DNA from: Candidatus Micrarchaeota archaeon
GTDB lineage: Archaea; Micrarchaeota; Micrarchaeia; Micrarchaeales; CABMGC01
NCBI GenBank assembly: GCA_021852055.1
Contig: JAJZOD010000009.1
Coordinates: 35,438-99,437 of the forward strand
Direction of reading: 5' to 3'
Length of the DNA: 64,000 nucleotides
The position numbers and the translations under genes are program-made. Every line of letters starts with the position of its first letter. Positions within the stretch are counted from its first letter, which is position 1. Positions 28,481-38,330 of the stretch are shown here, piece after piece. The notes under the pieces were generated by a model. That model saw nothing but the letters and a program-made list of their open reading frames with translations, made no database searches and was not told the origin of the DNA.

Positions 28481-29285
28481 AACCTGACTTACCTTTTTTC
28501 AGGCGTTTCCTGCCCTCATCCTTTATTATCTGAGAGAAGAACTTGGATCTTGAGCCTGCGCTTTTTGCCTGCTCTATTGCAGTGCCTATCTGTATTATAT
28601 CGGCTCCGCTTTTTATAGAGTTGCGTATCGCTGATTCTTCATTTATGCCGCCTGCAATAATATAAGGCACAGAAATCGCATGCCTAACCTCTTTTATCAT
28701 ATCAAAAGGCACAGAAGTGAAGCCCTGCGCCTGAGGGTTCGAGCCAACGTCTGTTATAATGAACCTGTTGCCTAAATATTCACCTGCAAGCGCCAAAGCT
28801 GCAGCTATCTTAGGTTTTTCCCGAGGCACAAGGTTGGCATCGCCTACCCACCCGACAGTTCCTCCGGGCGATATCACTATATAGCCTACTGGCAGTGCTT
28901 CGACATTCATTGACTTAAGCACCGGTGCAGAAAGCATCTGCGCCTGTGTTATCCAGTAAGGGTTTCTAGCATTGAGCAAAGACATAAAATACAGGGCATC
29001 TGCATACCTTGTTATAGTTGCAATATTCCCCGGGAAAAGGACCACTGGAACGTTTACTTTATCTTTTATGTTTTTAGTTACGAAGTCAAGCAGCTCTCCC
29101 TGGGCGCCTATGCTGCCTCCTACCAGTACTATATCTGAGCCATTTTCAGCAGAACTCACTGCACTTGATACTGCAGCTTCAGGCGACTCATAATCAAGCG
29201 GATCAGTAACGTTGAAAAGCAGGGCGCCTTCGCTCTCCAGTTTCTCATTTATGTATTTCTCAGTCTTTCCTACCCGTATGCCCAT
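28467..29285 (-). CDS. geranylgeranylglyceryl phosphate synthase (PcrB/GGGPS family)
   Basis: TIM-barrel pattern: LFNVTDP, IVLVGGS, FPGN, IAGGI and IIQIGTAIE. Confidence 0.8.
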   Translation of the reverse strand: MGIRVGKTEKYINEKLESEGALLFNVTDPLDYESPEAAVSSAVSSAENGSDIVLVGGSIGAQGELLDFVTKNIKDKVNVPVVLFPGNIATITRYADALYFMSLLNARNPYWITQAQMLSAPVLKSMNVEALPVGYIVISPGGTVGWVGDANLVPREKPKIAAALALAGEYLGNRFIITDVGSNPQAQGFTSVPFDMIKEVRHAISVPYIIAGGINEESAIRNSIKSGADIIQIGTAIEQAKSAGSRSKFFSQIIKDEGRKRLKKGKSGFGDA

Positions 29286-29302
29286 TCTATCATCTATGCT
29301 AT

Positions 29303-30346
29303 CTAATCGTTATTTTCAAAAGATTTCCTATCCTTATACCCTCTGAGAAATTCGTCTACAAGTTCTTTCGTTGCCACGTTAATGTTTATTTTTGGGACAA
29401 AGCCAAGTTCCTTCCTTATCCTGCTTATGTCGATAACCCTGTTGCTTGTTATAAAACGGAGTTCATCGGGGTCTACACCTGCTGCCTTGGAAAACATCCT
29501 TGCAATTGCAGGGTTTATGTGTTTTGACGGCACAGGAGCATCAAGCTTTTTAGCGGCCATATCCACAAGCTGTAATTGTGTATACGCCCTACCGTCGCTG
29601 AGATTATACACGCGGTATGCAGAAATCCTGCTGTTCTTCGCAAGAATCATTGCATTTATAACGTCTTTTATGTGCACCAGCGAAAGATTGTTGCTGCCAT
29701 CGCCTATTATATACAGGCTGCCTTTTTTTATCATCTTGAAAACTTTAAAAAATGAGCCTTCAAATCCCGGACCGTACATTGTAGCCATCCGGAGTATAGT
29801 ATAGCCTATGCGTCCTCCAAACTTCATTATCTGCTGTTCCGCGAGCATCTTACTGTGCCCGTACATGTCTGTCGGATGCAAGGCAGATTCCTCTGTTAGT
29901 ACCTCTTTTCTTACCCTTCCATAGACATCAACAGAGCTTGGGAAGACAAATCTCCCAACGCCTCCGAATTCTGATGCTTCAAGTATGGCTGCTGTGCCAT
30001 GCGCATTTACGCGCACTATCTCTTTAGGGCTGTGAGAATGCTGGCTCACAATTGCAGCGAGATGATATACTGTGTCTGCGCCTTCGCACGCCTTTTTAAG
30101 GGCATCCCTATCTGTTATGTCTCCAATGTAAGGCACTACGCCTGCAGGCAGCATATTCATCTGGTTGTGCTGATTTATTAAGCACCTTACTGTGATGCCA
30201 TCTGCAAGCATAGCGCTGCAAAGCCTTCTGCCAAGCCTACCCGAGGCTCCTGTAATTAATACAGTACTGCTTTCAGTGCTGTTCCTGTGACCTGCCCTTA
30301 TGGCCTTCTTCTCTTTATTTTTTATTTTTTTTGATGCCATAATCAT
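29303..30346 (-). CDS. NAD-dependent epimerase/dehydratase (extended SDR)
   Basis: VLITGASGRLGRRL Rossmann motif and YGHSK (a Y-x3-K catalytic pair). Confidence 0.75.
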   Translation of the reverse strand: MIMASKKIKNKEKKAIRAGHRNSTESSTVLITGASGRLGRRLCSAMLADGITVRCLINQHNQMNMLPAGVVPYIGDITDRDALKKACEGADTVYHLAAIVSQHSHSPKEIVRVNAHGTAAILEASEFGGVGRFVFPSSVDVYGRVRKEVLTEESALHPTDMYGHSKMLAEQQIMKFGGRIGYTILRMATMYGPGFEGSFFKVFKMIKKGSLYIIGDGSNNLSLVHIKDVINAMILAKNSRISAYRVYNLSDGRAYTQLQLVDMAAKKLDAPVPSKHINPAIARMFSKAAGVDPDELRFITSNRVIDISRIRKELGFVPKININVATKELVDEFLRGYKDRKSFENND

Positions 30347-31155
30347 GCCTGCGTAGAGTGTTTTTCAGTAAGCAGATTGCTCGCAAGGAAGCGCATATAA
30401 CCTTCAGGCACGCTATTCATTGCAAAGTTTACCCAATCCTTGCCGAACGGCACACTTACGCTTACCTTCACGCCTTTTTTCATTAACTTGCTAAGCCGCT
30501 TATAACTGTAGCCTAGCCTGAACTCCAGAACAACGCTGCCTTTGTATTTGTTCTTGCCCGATAAACCACCTATGAGCTTTTCCGGAGGCGATGACAAAAC
30601 CAAATTTCTCGAATCTTTCAGCACCGGAGCAATTCCGCCGTTATTCAAAGCAGAGCTCGCTTCCCTGCCTTCATAAAAAATCACCTTCACTGATTTCATC
30701 TTCTTGAGCAAAGGCACAAACTTTTTAACGCTGCTCTCTGCAAAAGCAACGCCGTAGCCTCTTGCGTTTTTAAAATTATCCGCAAACAGGATTTCGGGCC
30801 CTTCTGCCTCCAGCCACACAAATATACCGTATCTATTTGCTGTAGCTATTATCTCTCCTGCGTTTTTTGCAGCTGCACCACTGTCAATAAGTGCGCCGAT
30901 CTGCGATAGCGGTATGTGCACGCTTGCCGTAAGGCCCAGTCTCGAAACTCTCCTTATAAGCTCAAGATATGTTATTGTTATGTATCTGGCCCTTGACTTG
31001 TTTTCTACATCGCCGCTTAAGAATGTTACTGATGCAAGCATCTTCCTGCTGTTTAGCTCCTCGACTTTTGAGAGAGCTGCGCTCATGGTTGTCCCTGCTA
31101 TATGCTTCTTTACCATCCTATGAAGCATCTTTTCAACTAATGACTCGTCAGGCAA
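30343..31155 (-). CDS. proline dehydrogenase-like TIM-barrel protein (tentative)
   Basis: KKHIAGTTMSAALSKVEELNSRKMLASVTFLSGDV...SVHIPLSQIG resembles the N-terminal part of monofunctional PRODH. Weak, by-eye call only. Confidence 0.35.
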   Translation of the reverse strand: MPDESLVEKMLHRMVKKHIAGTTMSAALSKVEELNSRKMLASVTFLSGDVENKSRARYITITYLELIRRVSRLGLTASVHIPLSQIGALIDSGAAAKNAGEIIATANRYGIFVWLEAEGPEILFADNFKNARGYGVAFAESSVKKFVPLLKKMKSVKVIFYEGREASSALNNGGIAPVLKDSRNLVLSSPPEKLIGGLSGKNKYKGSVVLEFRLGYSYKRLSKLMKKGVKVSVSVPFGKDWVNFAMNSVPEGYMRFLASNLLTEKHSTQA

Positions 31156-31233
31156 GCAATAAACCCCTACAAATACATACGTCTGATTATATATACACAG
31201 ATAGCTTTATAATTATACTAACTTTGTGGTAGA

Positions 31234-32478
31234 ATGAGGTTTTTATCAGCCACTGCGGGCACTAACGGCACTATTAAGACCACGCCGGAAGATTTCATTG
31301 TCAACGAGATAACACCTAACGGGCGCGTTCTGGAGCTTTCAAGGCAGTATACGCCGGTTGAACTGGGAGAGCAGGAACGTGCCGATTCAAAATTTACGCG
31401 TTTTATACTCCAAAAAAGGTCATGGGATACTACTGGTGCTCTTGTTGCCATAGCAAAAAAACTTGGACATGGGAAGAAGAGCTTCGGATATGCTGGCACA
31501 AAAGATAAGATGTCAACATCAACGCAGCTGGCTTCGATTTTTGGAATAGAGCCTGCGCAGCTTTTAAACATACACATAAAGGACATAAGCATAAACGGCG
31601 CATGGAAAGGAGAAGAGGTAATATTGGGCAGCAACATAGGAAACGCCTTTGACATAAAGATAAGGGAGGCAAACCGCAGCGAAAATGCTGTAAAAATAAT
31701 AGATGAACTTGAAGGCGTGTTTCCCAATTATTTCGACAGGCAACGGTTCGGATACAGGTTAAACAACTTCAGAATAGGCCGCCTAATTCTTGAGAACAGG
31801 CTGGAAGATGCAGTCATGATGTTCCTGACAGACTCGTCAAATGAAGTAAATAAAGAGTCAAATGAGGCGAGAAAGCGCCTTTCAGAAGAGCAGGATTTCA
31901 GGTCTGCGCTTGCTTACTTCCCAAAGCACCTGAAATACGAGCGCACTGTAATCGAGTACATGTCAAGGTACAACAACTATGCCAACGCGCTGAGGAAGCT
32001 ACCTCGCGGAATACTGCTGTTGTTTATACACGCTGTCGAATCTGGCATATTCAACACATGTCTTGAACAGCGCATTAAATCTGACGATACCGGCAGCAGC
32101 GCAGTATACCTGAAAAAGAACAAGTTCGGATTTCCTGATTCTGACACTGTTGCAGCAGACGGTTCTGAGGGTTTTGCAGCTGCACCGTTAATAGGCTATG
32201 AAACGCATCCAAAATATCTGAGCGAGTACGAGGATTCAATAATGGAAAGCGTTGGTATACGGTGCGAAGACTTCAAGATAAAGTCAATGCCTGAACTGAG
32301 CATGAAAGGTGCATTCAGGGTGCTTCTTGCACCTGCAAGGAATCTATTGTGCGATGTTAATAGTAATGAGCTAAGGTTGAAATTTGAGATTCCGTCAGGG
32401 TCGTATGCAACAGTCCTGGCTAATGAGATTACAAAAACTGAAAGTATCGCCATGGAAGCTATCATCAGAGAGTCCTAA
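31234..32478 (+). CDS. truD: tRNA pseudouridine(13) synthase TruD/Pus7 family
   Basis: GTIKTTPEDFIVNEI and FGYAGTKDKMSTSTQ (catalytic Asp motif). Confidence 0.85.
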   Translation: MRFLSATAGTNGTIKTTPEDFIVNEITPNGRVLELSRQYTPVELGEQERADSKFTRFILQKRSWDTTGALVAIAKKLGHGKKSFGYAGTKDKMSTSTQLASIFGIEPAQLLNIHIKDISINGAWKGEEVILGSNIGNAFDIKIREANRSENAVKIIDELEGVFPNYFDRQRFGYRLNNFRIGRLILENRLEDAVMMFLTDSSNEVNKESNEARKRLSEEQDFRSALAYFPKHLKYERTVIEYMSRYNNYANALRKLPRGILLLFIHAVESGIFNTCLEQRIKSDDTGSSAVYLKKNKFGFPDSDTVAADGSEGFAAAPLIGYETHPKYLSEYEDSIMESVGIRCEDFKIKSMPELSMKGAFRVLLAPARNLLCDVNSNELRLKFEIPSGSYATVLANEITKTESIAMEAIIRES

Positions 32479-33463
32479 ATATGCTTCCACTAAGGGTCTC
32501 GAAAGCCTGTATATACTTCTTGCTAGTGTTTGCTATAACGTCTTCCGGAAGCACCGGTATGTTATCTGGGCTCTTGTTCCATCCAACCGATTCGACATAA
32601 TCACGCACGTACTGTTTGTCATAGCTGATCTGCGGGCCGCCAGGAAGGTATGTATCTGAAGGCCAGAATCTTGACGAATCTGGAGTTAGAAGCTCGTCTA
32701 TCAGAACAAGCTGTTCTGATCCATTTATCCCGAACTCGAGCTTTGTGTCTGCTATTATTATGCCCCGCGGGAGCGCATAGTTATGCGCATGTTCGTACAC
32801 AGCCAGTGTTATCTCCTTTAACATGCTTGTCTTCTCTCTTCCTATCTCAGCAGTGAGCTGCTCAAATGTTATATTCTGATCGTGTCCAGTCTGACTTTTT
32901 GTCGAGGGTGTGAATATAGGATGCTGCAGTCTGCCTGATTCTATAATGCCATCCGGGAGCTTAATGCCTGTCACAGTGCCGTTTTTTCTATACTCTTTCC
33001 ATGCTGATCCAGATATGTAGCCCCTGGCTATGCACTCTGTCATAATCGGGATCTTCCGCGACACTATGGAGCTCCTTCCATCCAGCACCATTGCAACTTC
33101 CTTGGGCTCTATGATAAGTTTTCCTGGGATGCTGTGCGTTCTGATTATTCCTGCGCGTTCTATCTCTGCAAGCCAGAACTGCGATATCTTATTGAGCACT
33201 TCCCCCTTTCCAGGTATGCCCTGATTGAGCACCACGTCGAATGTTGATATCCTGTCTGTCGCAACCATGAGGAGTACACCCGGAGCTATAATGTAGGTAT
33301 CCCTTACTTTTCCCCTGCTCAGCAGCTTAAATGGCAGATTTGTGCCAATTAGAGGCTTGTTTACATCATTGTTCTCAAATTTGAACATGCTTTTAAGATC
33401 CACTATTCCGCCGAAATCTATCCTTGTTCCATCCGGTCCTTTTTTCACTGTAATGCTTGTCAT
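32465..33463 (-). CDS. purC: SAICAR synthetase
   Basis: GKVRDTY, LLMVATDRISTFDVV and LIDELLTPDSSRFW motifs. Confidence 0.85.
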   Translation of the reverse strand: MTSITVKKGPDGTRIDFGGIVDLKSMFKFENNDVNKPLIGTNLPFKLLSRGKVRDTYIIAPGVLLMVATDRISTFDVVLNQGIPGKGEVLNKISQFWLAEIERAGIIRTHSIPGKLIIEPKEVAMVLDGRSSIVSRKIPIMTECIARGYISGSAWKEYRKNGTVTGIKLPDGIIESGRLQHPIFTPSTKSQTGHDQNITFEQLTAEIGREKTSMLKEITLAVYEHAHNYALPRGIIIADTKLEFGINGSEQLVLIDELLTPDSSRFWPSDTYLPGGPQISYDKQYVRDYVESVGWNKSPDNIPVLPEDVIANTSKKYIQAFETLSGSIFRTL

Positions 33464-33659
33464 AGCTATCAGAAACGTATGTCAGTGCCACATATATAAA
33501 GCTTTCTTAGAGAAAAACCTCTTGTCGTGTAATTGTGAATCTGCCTGTGTTTTGATTTTAGTCCTTGCTATATTGTAGCATACGCGCTGCTGCCTGCTGC
33601 GCTCTGCTTCTTCAAAACCTGCGTAAAAATACCGGAACGCAAAGTATTTTAGGTTTGTA

Positions 33660-34703
33660 ATGTTAGTAAATGATGGTGCTTATATGTATTCCGGATCTGA
33701 ACCAGTAAGTTCTGCTGCTGAAGATTACGATGCATTCAAACCGCAGATAGCTGTCGTAGGTGTCGGTGGCGGCGGCAACAATACAGTAAATCGTCTCAGT
33801 GCAATGGATATAAAGGGCGCAGGGCTCTTTGCTTTTAATACTGACGGGAGGCAGCTGGGCATGTTAGGCCAGAGCATAAACAGGCTTATGCTTGGCAGAC
33901 AGCTGACTAACGGGCTCGGGGCTGGCGGCTTTCCTGAAGTAGGGGAAAAGGCGGCAGTGCTTTCAAGGATAGACATAGAACTTCTAATACGCGATAAAAA
34001 CCTCATATTTCTTACTGCAGGAATGGGTGGCGGAACAGGCACAGGTGCTGCGCCTGTGGTCGCGCAGATAGCAAAGGAGAGCGGTGCAATAGTTATAGGT
34101 ATAGTGACTATACCATTTTCACTTGAGCGCGTGCGTCTTGAAACGGCCAAAAAAGGCATAGCTAAACTGCGCCAGAATGTTGACACTCTTATAGTGATAG
34201 ACAATCAGCGCCTTGTCCAATTATATCCTAATGTTCCCATAGAACAATCGTTTAAGCTTGCAGATGACATAACCGCTCGCGCAGTGCGTGGTATAACCGA
34301 GACAATAACACAGCCGAGCATGATAAACCTTGATTTTGCTGACTTAAGGAGCATAATGTCTGCAGGCGGGCTTGCAATGATAAGTGTCGGAGAGGGTCAT
34401 GGGCATAACAAAGTTGAAGAAGTAGTGAAGAACACTCTTACGAATAAGCTGCTTGATGTAAATTATGAAAATGCAAAAGGTGTGCTTCTTCACATTACCG
34501 GTGGCGCAGACCTTACCCTGGGCGATGTTAACAGCATCGGAGAAAAGATGACTGAGAGCGTATCTCCAGATGCAAATGTATCTTGGGGCGCAAGGCTTGA
34601 TCCTGAATACAATGGCAAGGTAGAGGTCATAGCAATATTTACTGGGGTGTCAGGATCCTCGGTCTTGGGAATGGATCAGGGAACTGGCGGATTTGATTTA
34701 TAA
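33660..34703 (+). CDS. ftsZ: cell division GTPase FtsZ
   Basis: VGVGGGGNNTVNRL and the tubulin signature GMGGGTGTGAAPVVA. Confidence 0.95.
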   Translation: MLVNDGAYMYSGSEPVSSAAEDYDAFKPQIAVVGVGGGGNNTVNRLSAMDIKGAGLFAFNTDGRQLGMLGQSINRLMLGRQLTNGLGAGGFPEVGEKAAVLSRIDIELLIRDKNLIFLTAGMGGGTGTGAAPVVAQIAKESGAIVIGIVTIPFSLERVRLETAKKGIAKLRQNVDTLIVIDNQRLVQLYPNVPIEQSFKLADDITARAVRGITETITQPSMINLDFADLRSIMSAGGLAMISVGEGHGHNKVEEVVKNTLTNKLLDVNYENAKGVLLHITGGADLTLGDVNSIGEKMTESVSPDANVSWGARLDPEYNGKVEVIAIFTGVSGSSVLGMDQGTGGFDL

Positions 34704-34741
34704 ATTCAAAAGACACCACAGCAGATAAGCGCGTTGCCAAA

Positions 34742-36079
34742 CTATCCTACGGTGCCTACATGCCTTGAAGCCTGTCTGTTGCGCGTATCTGCGCCTTTTT
34801 CTTTTGGGATTTTATAGAACACGAGAATACCGATTGTAGAAAGGATATTGCTTATTAAAATAACAAGGAATATCTCGTTAAGGAAATTCGGTATTATTAT
34901 GCCTGCAGCAAGCGGCAACGTTGCTACTATGGCAGGGGACAGGCCCCTTGCTACATTAAATGACACCACCCTTTCTGTTGTCTTCTTTTCAGTTGTCTCA
35001 TTAGGCTCATATTCTTTTATGACAGGCAAGAAGATTATGCGTACCAGCACCATCATGACAGACATGACTACAGCCATGCCTATCATAACTGTGCTCAGGT
35101 TTTCTGCATTGAACAGCAATCCTATATATACAAAGAAGAATGTGCTTGTGAAGAAACCGACCTCCCTCTGATACTCCTTTATGTACTTTATTCCGTTGCC
35201 CAGATGCAAATGCTGCATTACAAATACGCCTACGACCTGGCCCATCACAGATACCTTCGCTGTATCCGAAGGGCGCTGTAATTTGAACGTAATCATGCCT
35301 AAATTAGAAAACATTATGCCGAATGTAAACACGGCTATCGCTGTACTTAAATTTAGCAGTGTTGCTATGCCATAAGTGGCAAGGACAATGGTGATGGTTA
35401 GCATCCACCCATATTTTTTGCTGTAGTCCTCAAAACTCTTAAGTATGTAAAGCCAGAAAATTGCAAGGACTATCCCAAGAATCACCGCACCGAATATGGA
35501 TACTATGAAAAGCGTAGCTGCCCCTGATATAGTTACATTCGATGTAAGCATAAACTGGAGCAGCAGAATAGGTATCACAAGTGAAAGCGCATCCGTTGCC
35601 ACGCTCTCGTATATCATTGTGTCATTAAGTTCCTGCGTCACTCGCAGAGACTTCATTAACGTAGGTACTATAATGCTGCTCGGCCCTGACAGTGCAAAAC
35701 CGAATATCAGCGCCTCTGCAATTGTCCATCCAAATATGGAGTACGCAGCTGCAGCCAGAATCATGCCTGTAGACAGCGCTATGGCAAAAGTGAATGCACT
35801 CGCCTTTTTTATCACCTTGCCAAGTCTGAATATGTTTATGTTCAGGCCTACATCAAAAAGTATAAATGAAATAGCAAGTGCTGATACTACCGGAACTATG
35901 TTTTCTAATGTACTGTTTGCGCCTGTGTTCACAAGGTGCAGTACGGGCCCCGCTATCAGCCCTATAAGCATGAGAGGCAATATTTTTGTAATTCTTATCC
36001 TATTGAACAGTGCGCTTATTATAAACCCTAAGAATGCGACTCCTGCAACAAATATGAATAACAATCCTACATTTATCAT
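34742..36079 (-). CDS. monovalent cation/H+ antiporter (CPA family)
   Basis: 445 aa, about 12 TM helices, Na+/H+ exchanger-like hydrophobic profile. Confidence 0.65.
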   Translation of the reverse strand: MINVGLLFIFVAGVAFLGFIISALFNRIRITKILPLMLIGLIAGPVLHLVNTGANSTLENIVPVVSALAISFILFDVGLNINIFRLGKVIKKASAFTFAIALSTGMILAAAAYSIFGWTIAEALIFGFALSGPSSIIVPTLMKSLRVTQELNDTMIYESVATDALSLVIPILLLQFMLTSNVTISGAATLFIVSIFGAVILGIVLAIFWLYILKSFEDYSKKYGWMLTITIVLATYGIATLLNLSTAIAVFTFGIMFSNLGMITFKLQRPSDTAKVSVMGQVVGVFVMQHLHLGNGIKYIKEYQREVGFFTSTFFFVYIGLLFNAENLSTVMIGMAVVMSVMMVLVRIIFLPVIKEYEPNETTEKKTTERVVSFNVARGLSPAIVATLPLAAGIIIPNFLNEIFLVILISNILSTIGILVFYKIPKEKGADTRNRQASRHVGTVG

Positions 36080-36175
36080 TCACATATGCTTGGACTTAAT
36101 ACTACTTAAACATTACTAAACTTCGTGCAGTTTGCAGAAGATGCAGCCTGTGCTTATGCATCGTCTTTATCTTCC

Positions 36176-36472
36176 TCAATGCCTGACTGAAATAACTCCT
36201 TTATTAATACTGCGTATGGGCTTCTGCCTTCTGTCCAGAACCCTTTTATGCGTGGTGGTGCTTTCCGGAGCAGTAAGGAGTATATCAGATCTTCTGATAA
36301 TTCTGTGCCTTCCTGCGTGCTCTGCATACCTTTTTGCCTTGTTTGCTATGCTTTCAGCGAGTTTCTCAAGTTCCCGTTCAAGGTCCAAGACTGCATCCTC
36401 TGTTACTTTCTCAGCCCCTGCCTCCCGTATAAACTGCTCGATGTCATACAAGCTGAACTTCCTTTCGCTCAC
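36176..36472 (-). CDS. archaeal histone with a 30-aa basic C-terminal extension
   Basis: The histone fold FIREAGAEKVTEDAVLDLERELEKLAESIANKAKRYAEHAGRHRIIRRSDILL aligns by eye with HMfB (IKDAGAERVSDDA...RHAGRKTIKAEDIEL). It is followed by ESTTTHKRVLDRRQKPIRSINKGVISVRH. Confidence 0.8.
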   Translation of the reverse strand: MSERKFSLYDIEQFIREAGAEKVTEDAVLDLERELEKLAESIANKAKRYAEHAGRHRIIRRSDILLTAPESTTTHKRVLDRRQKPIRSINKGVISVRH

Positions 36473-37001
36473 AAAACCACCGCAGTAAAAACTGCAGCTG
36501 TAATTGGATAAGAAGCTTTAAAAATAGTCCTGTTGCAAACAGAATAGTGGCATTCCCGTAATATTCAATGCAGCATCTTTTTAGCAAAGCACAGGCTCAG
36601 ATAGCATAATCAGAGTTTTCTGCGTGTTCAAGACAAAACTTGCATGTACATTTTTTGTCGTACTACGCATAAGTATTATAAATCTAATCGCACCAAACAA
36701 ACTCTTACAAGTGGTTATATGGCTAGATTAACTTTTCAGGCAAGTAAGGCTAGATGCAGTCAAAATGTCGGCCACCCGCATGCCGATATGCTGCCCGACT
36801 GGCAGCATCGAGAATTTTCACGGGTAGGAATAAATCTAAGGAATCCATCGGCTGTGTATACCCCTCCAACTAAGGAAATGCGAGATGAATTTATAAATTT
36901 AGATTTTTTTATGACATTAAAAAGAGGCAATAAAGATCCATAGTTTACATTCTGAGCTATTAGCAAGCAGGATAGCTCCGAAATTACAACGGCCGCATAT
37001 G

Positions 37002-38195
37002 TTACTTATATCTCAGAAGTGCTCCAAGGCCCGTGTAGCCCATTGTAAATTCCTTGCCATAAGAGCTCTCATCAGATACAAAGACTATCTCTGCTCCAGA
37101 CGCCTCCGCCAGCTCTACAAGCTCCTCAATCATATCCTTTTCTTCAACTACTTCAAGCCGTCCGCCGTCGCTATGTTTCTCCTGCCTCTGCCTCCCAGTC
37201 TCCAAGGCTTCAAATGTGCTGTTGCATGAGTTGCACTTATATTTAACCAGATGCAATTCAAGTTCATTGCTTATTATTAGCGTATCCACTTTTTTGGCTT
37301 CCAGAGCCTTCCGCGTCTCTTCATAACCATATACTGCAAGCCCCCTGCGCACGCGTTCCTGCATGAATCTCTCTATGACCTTATGCTCTTTTGCTGCTTC
37401 CTGCTCCTTAAGCAGTTCATCTGCTTTCTCAACTATTTCTTCCAAGCCGGTTTCATCTGTGTAACCTGTATCATAAGTGCCCAGTATTTTAATCTGGTAG
37501 TTGAGGGTATTGCCTTTTACAAAACCCTCCTTCGCCGGTCCAGGGCCTCCAACAATGACGCCCTTTATCTTGAACTCGTTCTTTGCAAATAGGCCATTTA
37601 CAACATCGCTTATGCGCACCGAGTACTCATGTATGCTTTCTTCACGTCCGCGCGCAAATCTCTGTGCCGATTGGCCGCCTTTTCTTACCTTTGCATGCGC
37701 CATGGAATTTAATCTTCTGACTATCTGTATGTGCGTCCCTTTCAATGTCGCAATTGTCGCTTCACGCCCATCCATAACCACGAGGCAGTACGTGTCCTTA
37801 TTGTCGAGTATCGCCTCAAGCGGTTCTAGAACAAATGTAGAATCACATCTGTATATGTTTACCCCCAACGGCTCCGGTGGTTCTATAGAAAATAGCTGAA
37901 TGTCAGACTTGCTCTGGTTGTTGGATATGTTGCCTGCAAAAACGGCAATGCCGTTCTTCGGCGTTGTCCTAAAAAGCCTAAGGTACTGTATTATCTTGTC
38001 TATGGCGCTCTGCACGTTCTGGCGCGTGCTCTTGCTTTTGATATTGCCTGATTGGCTGTGCTCATCGCGCAGCCTTGCTATCTCCGCATCAAGCGAAAAG
38101 CCTGTAGGTACGTAAATGCTGACAAGTTCTGTGCCGTAGCCTCTTATACTCTTCAGGCGTTTAACCTCGCGCAGCATTGCATAGTCGTTCTTCAT
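37002..38195 (-). CDS. prf1: peptide chain release factor aRF1
   Basis: NIKS motif (GNIKSKSTRQN) and GGQ motif (KGGQSAQRFAR). Confidence 0.95.
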   Translation of the reverse strand: MKNDYAMLREVKRLKSIRGYGTELVSIYVPTGFSLDAEIARLRDEHSQSGNIKSKSTRQNVQSAIDKIIQYLRLFRTTPKNGIAVFAGNISNNQSKSDIQLFSIEPPEPLGVNIYRCDSTFVLEPLEAILDNKDTYCLVVMDGREATIATLKGTHIQIVRRLNSMAHAKVRKGGQSAQRFARGREESIHEYSVRISDVVNGLFAKNEFKIKGVIVGGPGPAKEGFVKGNTLNYQIKILGTYDTGYTDETGLEEIVEKADELLKEQEAAKEHKVIERFMQERVRRGLAVYGYEETRKALEAKKVDTLIISNELELHLVKYKCNSCNSTFEALETGRQRQEKHSDGGRLEVVEEKDMIEELVELAEASGAEIVFVSDESSYGKEFTMGYTGLGALLRYK

Positions 38196-38330
38196 GTCAT
38201 CAATATATGCTACTTGTTTCTATATATACATTATTACTAAATTACTAAAAGGTCACGCATCTGCCTCGCTGCCTTGCGTTGTTCTGGCAGGCGTATTTTC
38301 TGTCAGATCCAAGTTTAATGTTTGCTATAT

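Noticed and set aside
31218-31727. 169-aa minus-strand ORF and other long antisense ORFs (for example 13186-13644, 33725-34204, 35496-36119, 8066-8590, 45914-46504)
   Set aside because: Each is fully contained antisense to a gene with strong family motifs (truD, rpl15, ftsZ, antiporter, AAA ATPase, beta-helix protein) and lacks any motif of its own.
36880-36955. C/D-box sRNA-like arrangement (GAGATGA ... CTGA)
   Set aside because: C and C' boxes each need one or two mismatches. The spacing is too long and the putative guides are extremely AT-rich. Not convincing without a model search.
36644-36966. Overlapping ORFs of 99 aa (+) and 68 aa (-) in the histone-aRF1 gap
   Set aside because: They are mutually exclusive and have no motifs. 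The composition is atypical, and no SD-like sequence or promoter spacing could be argued.
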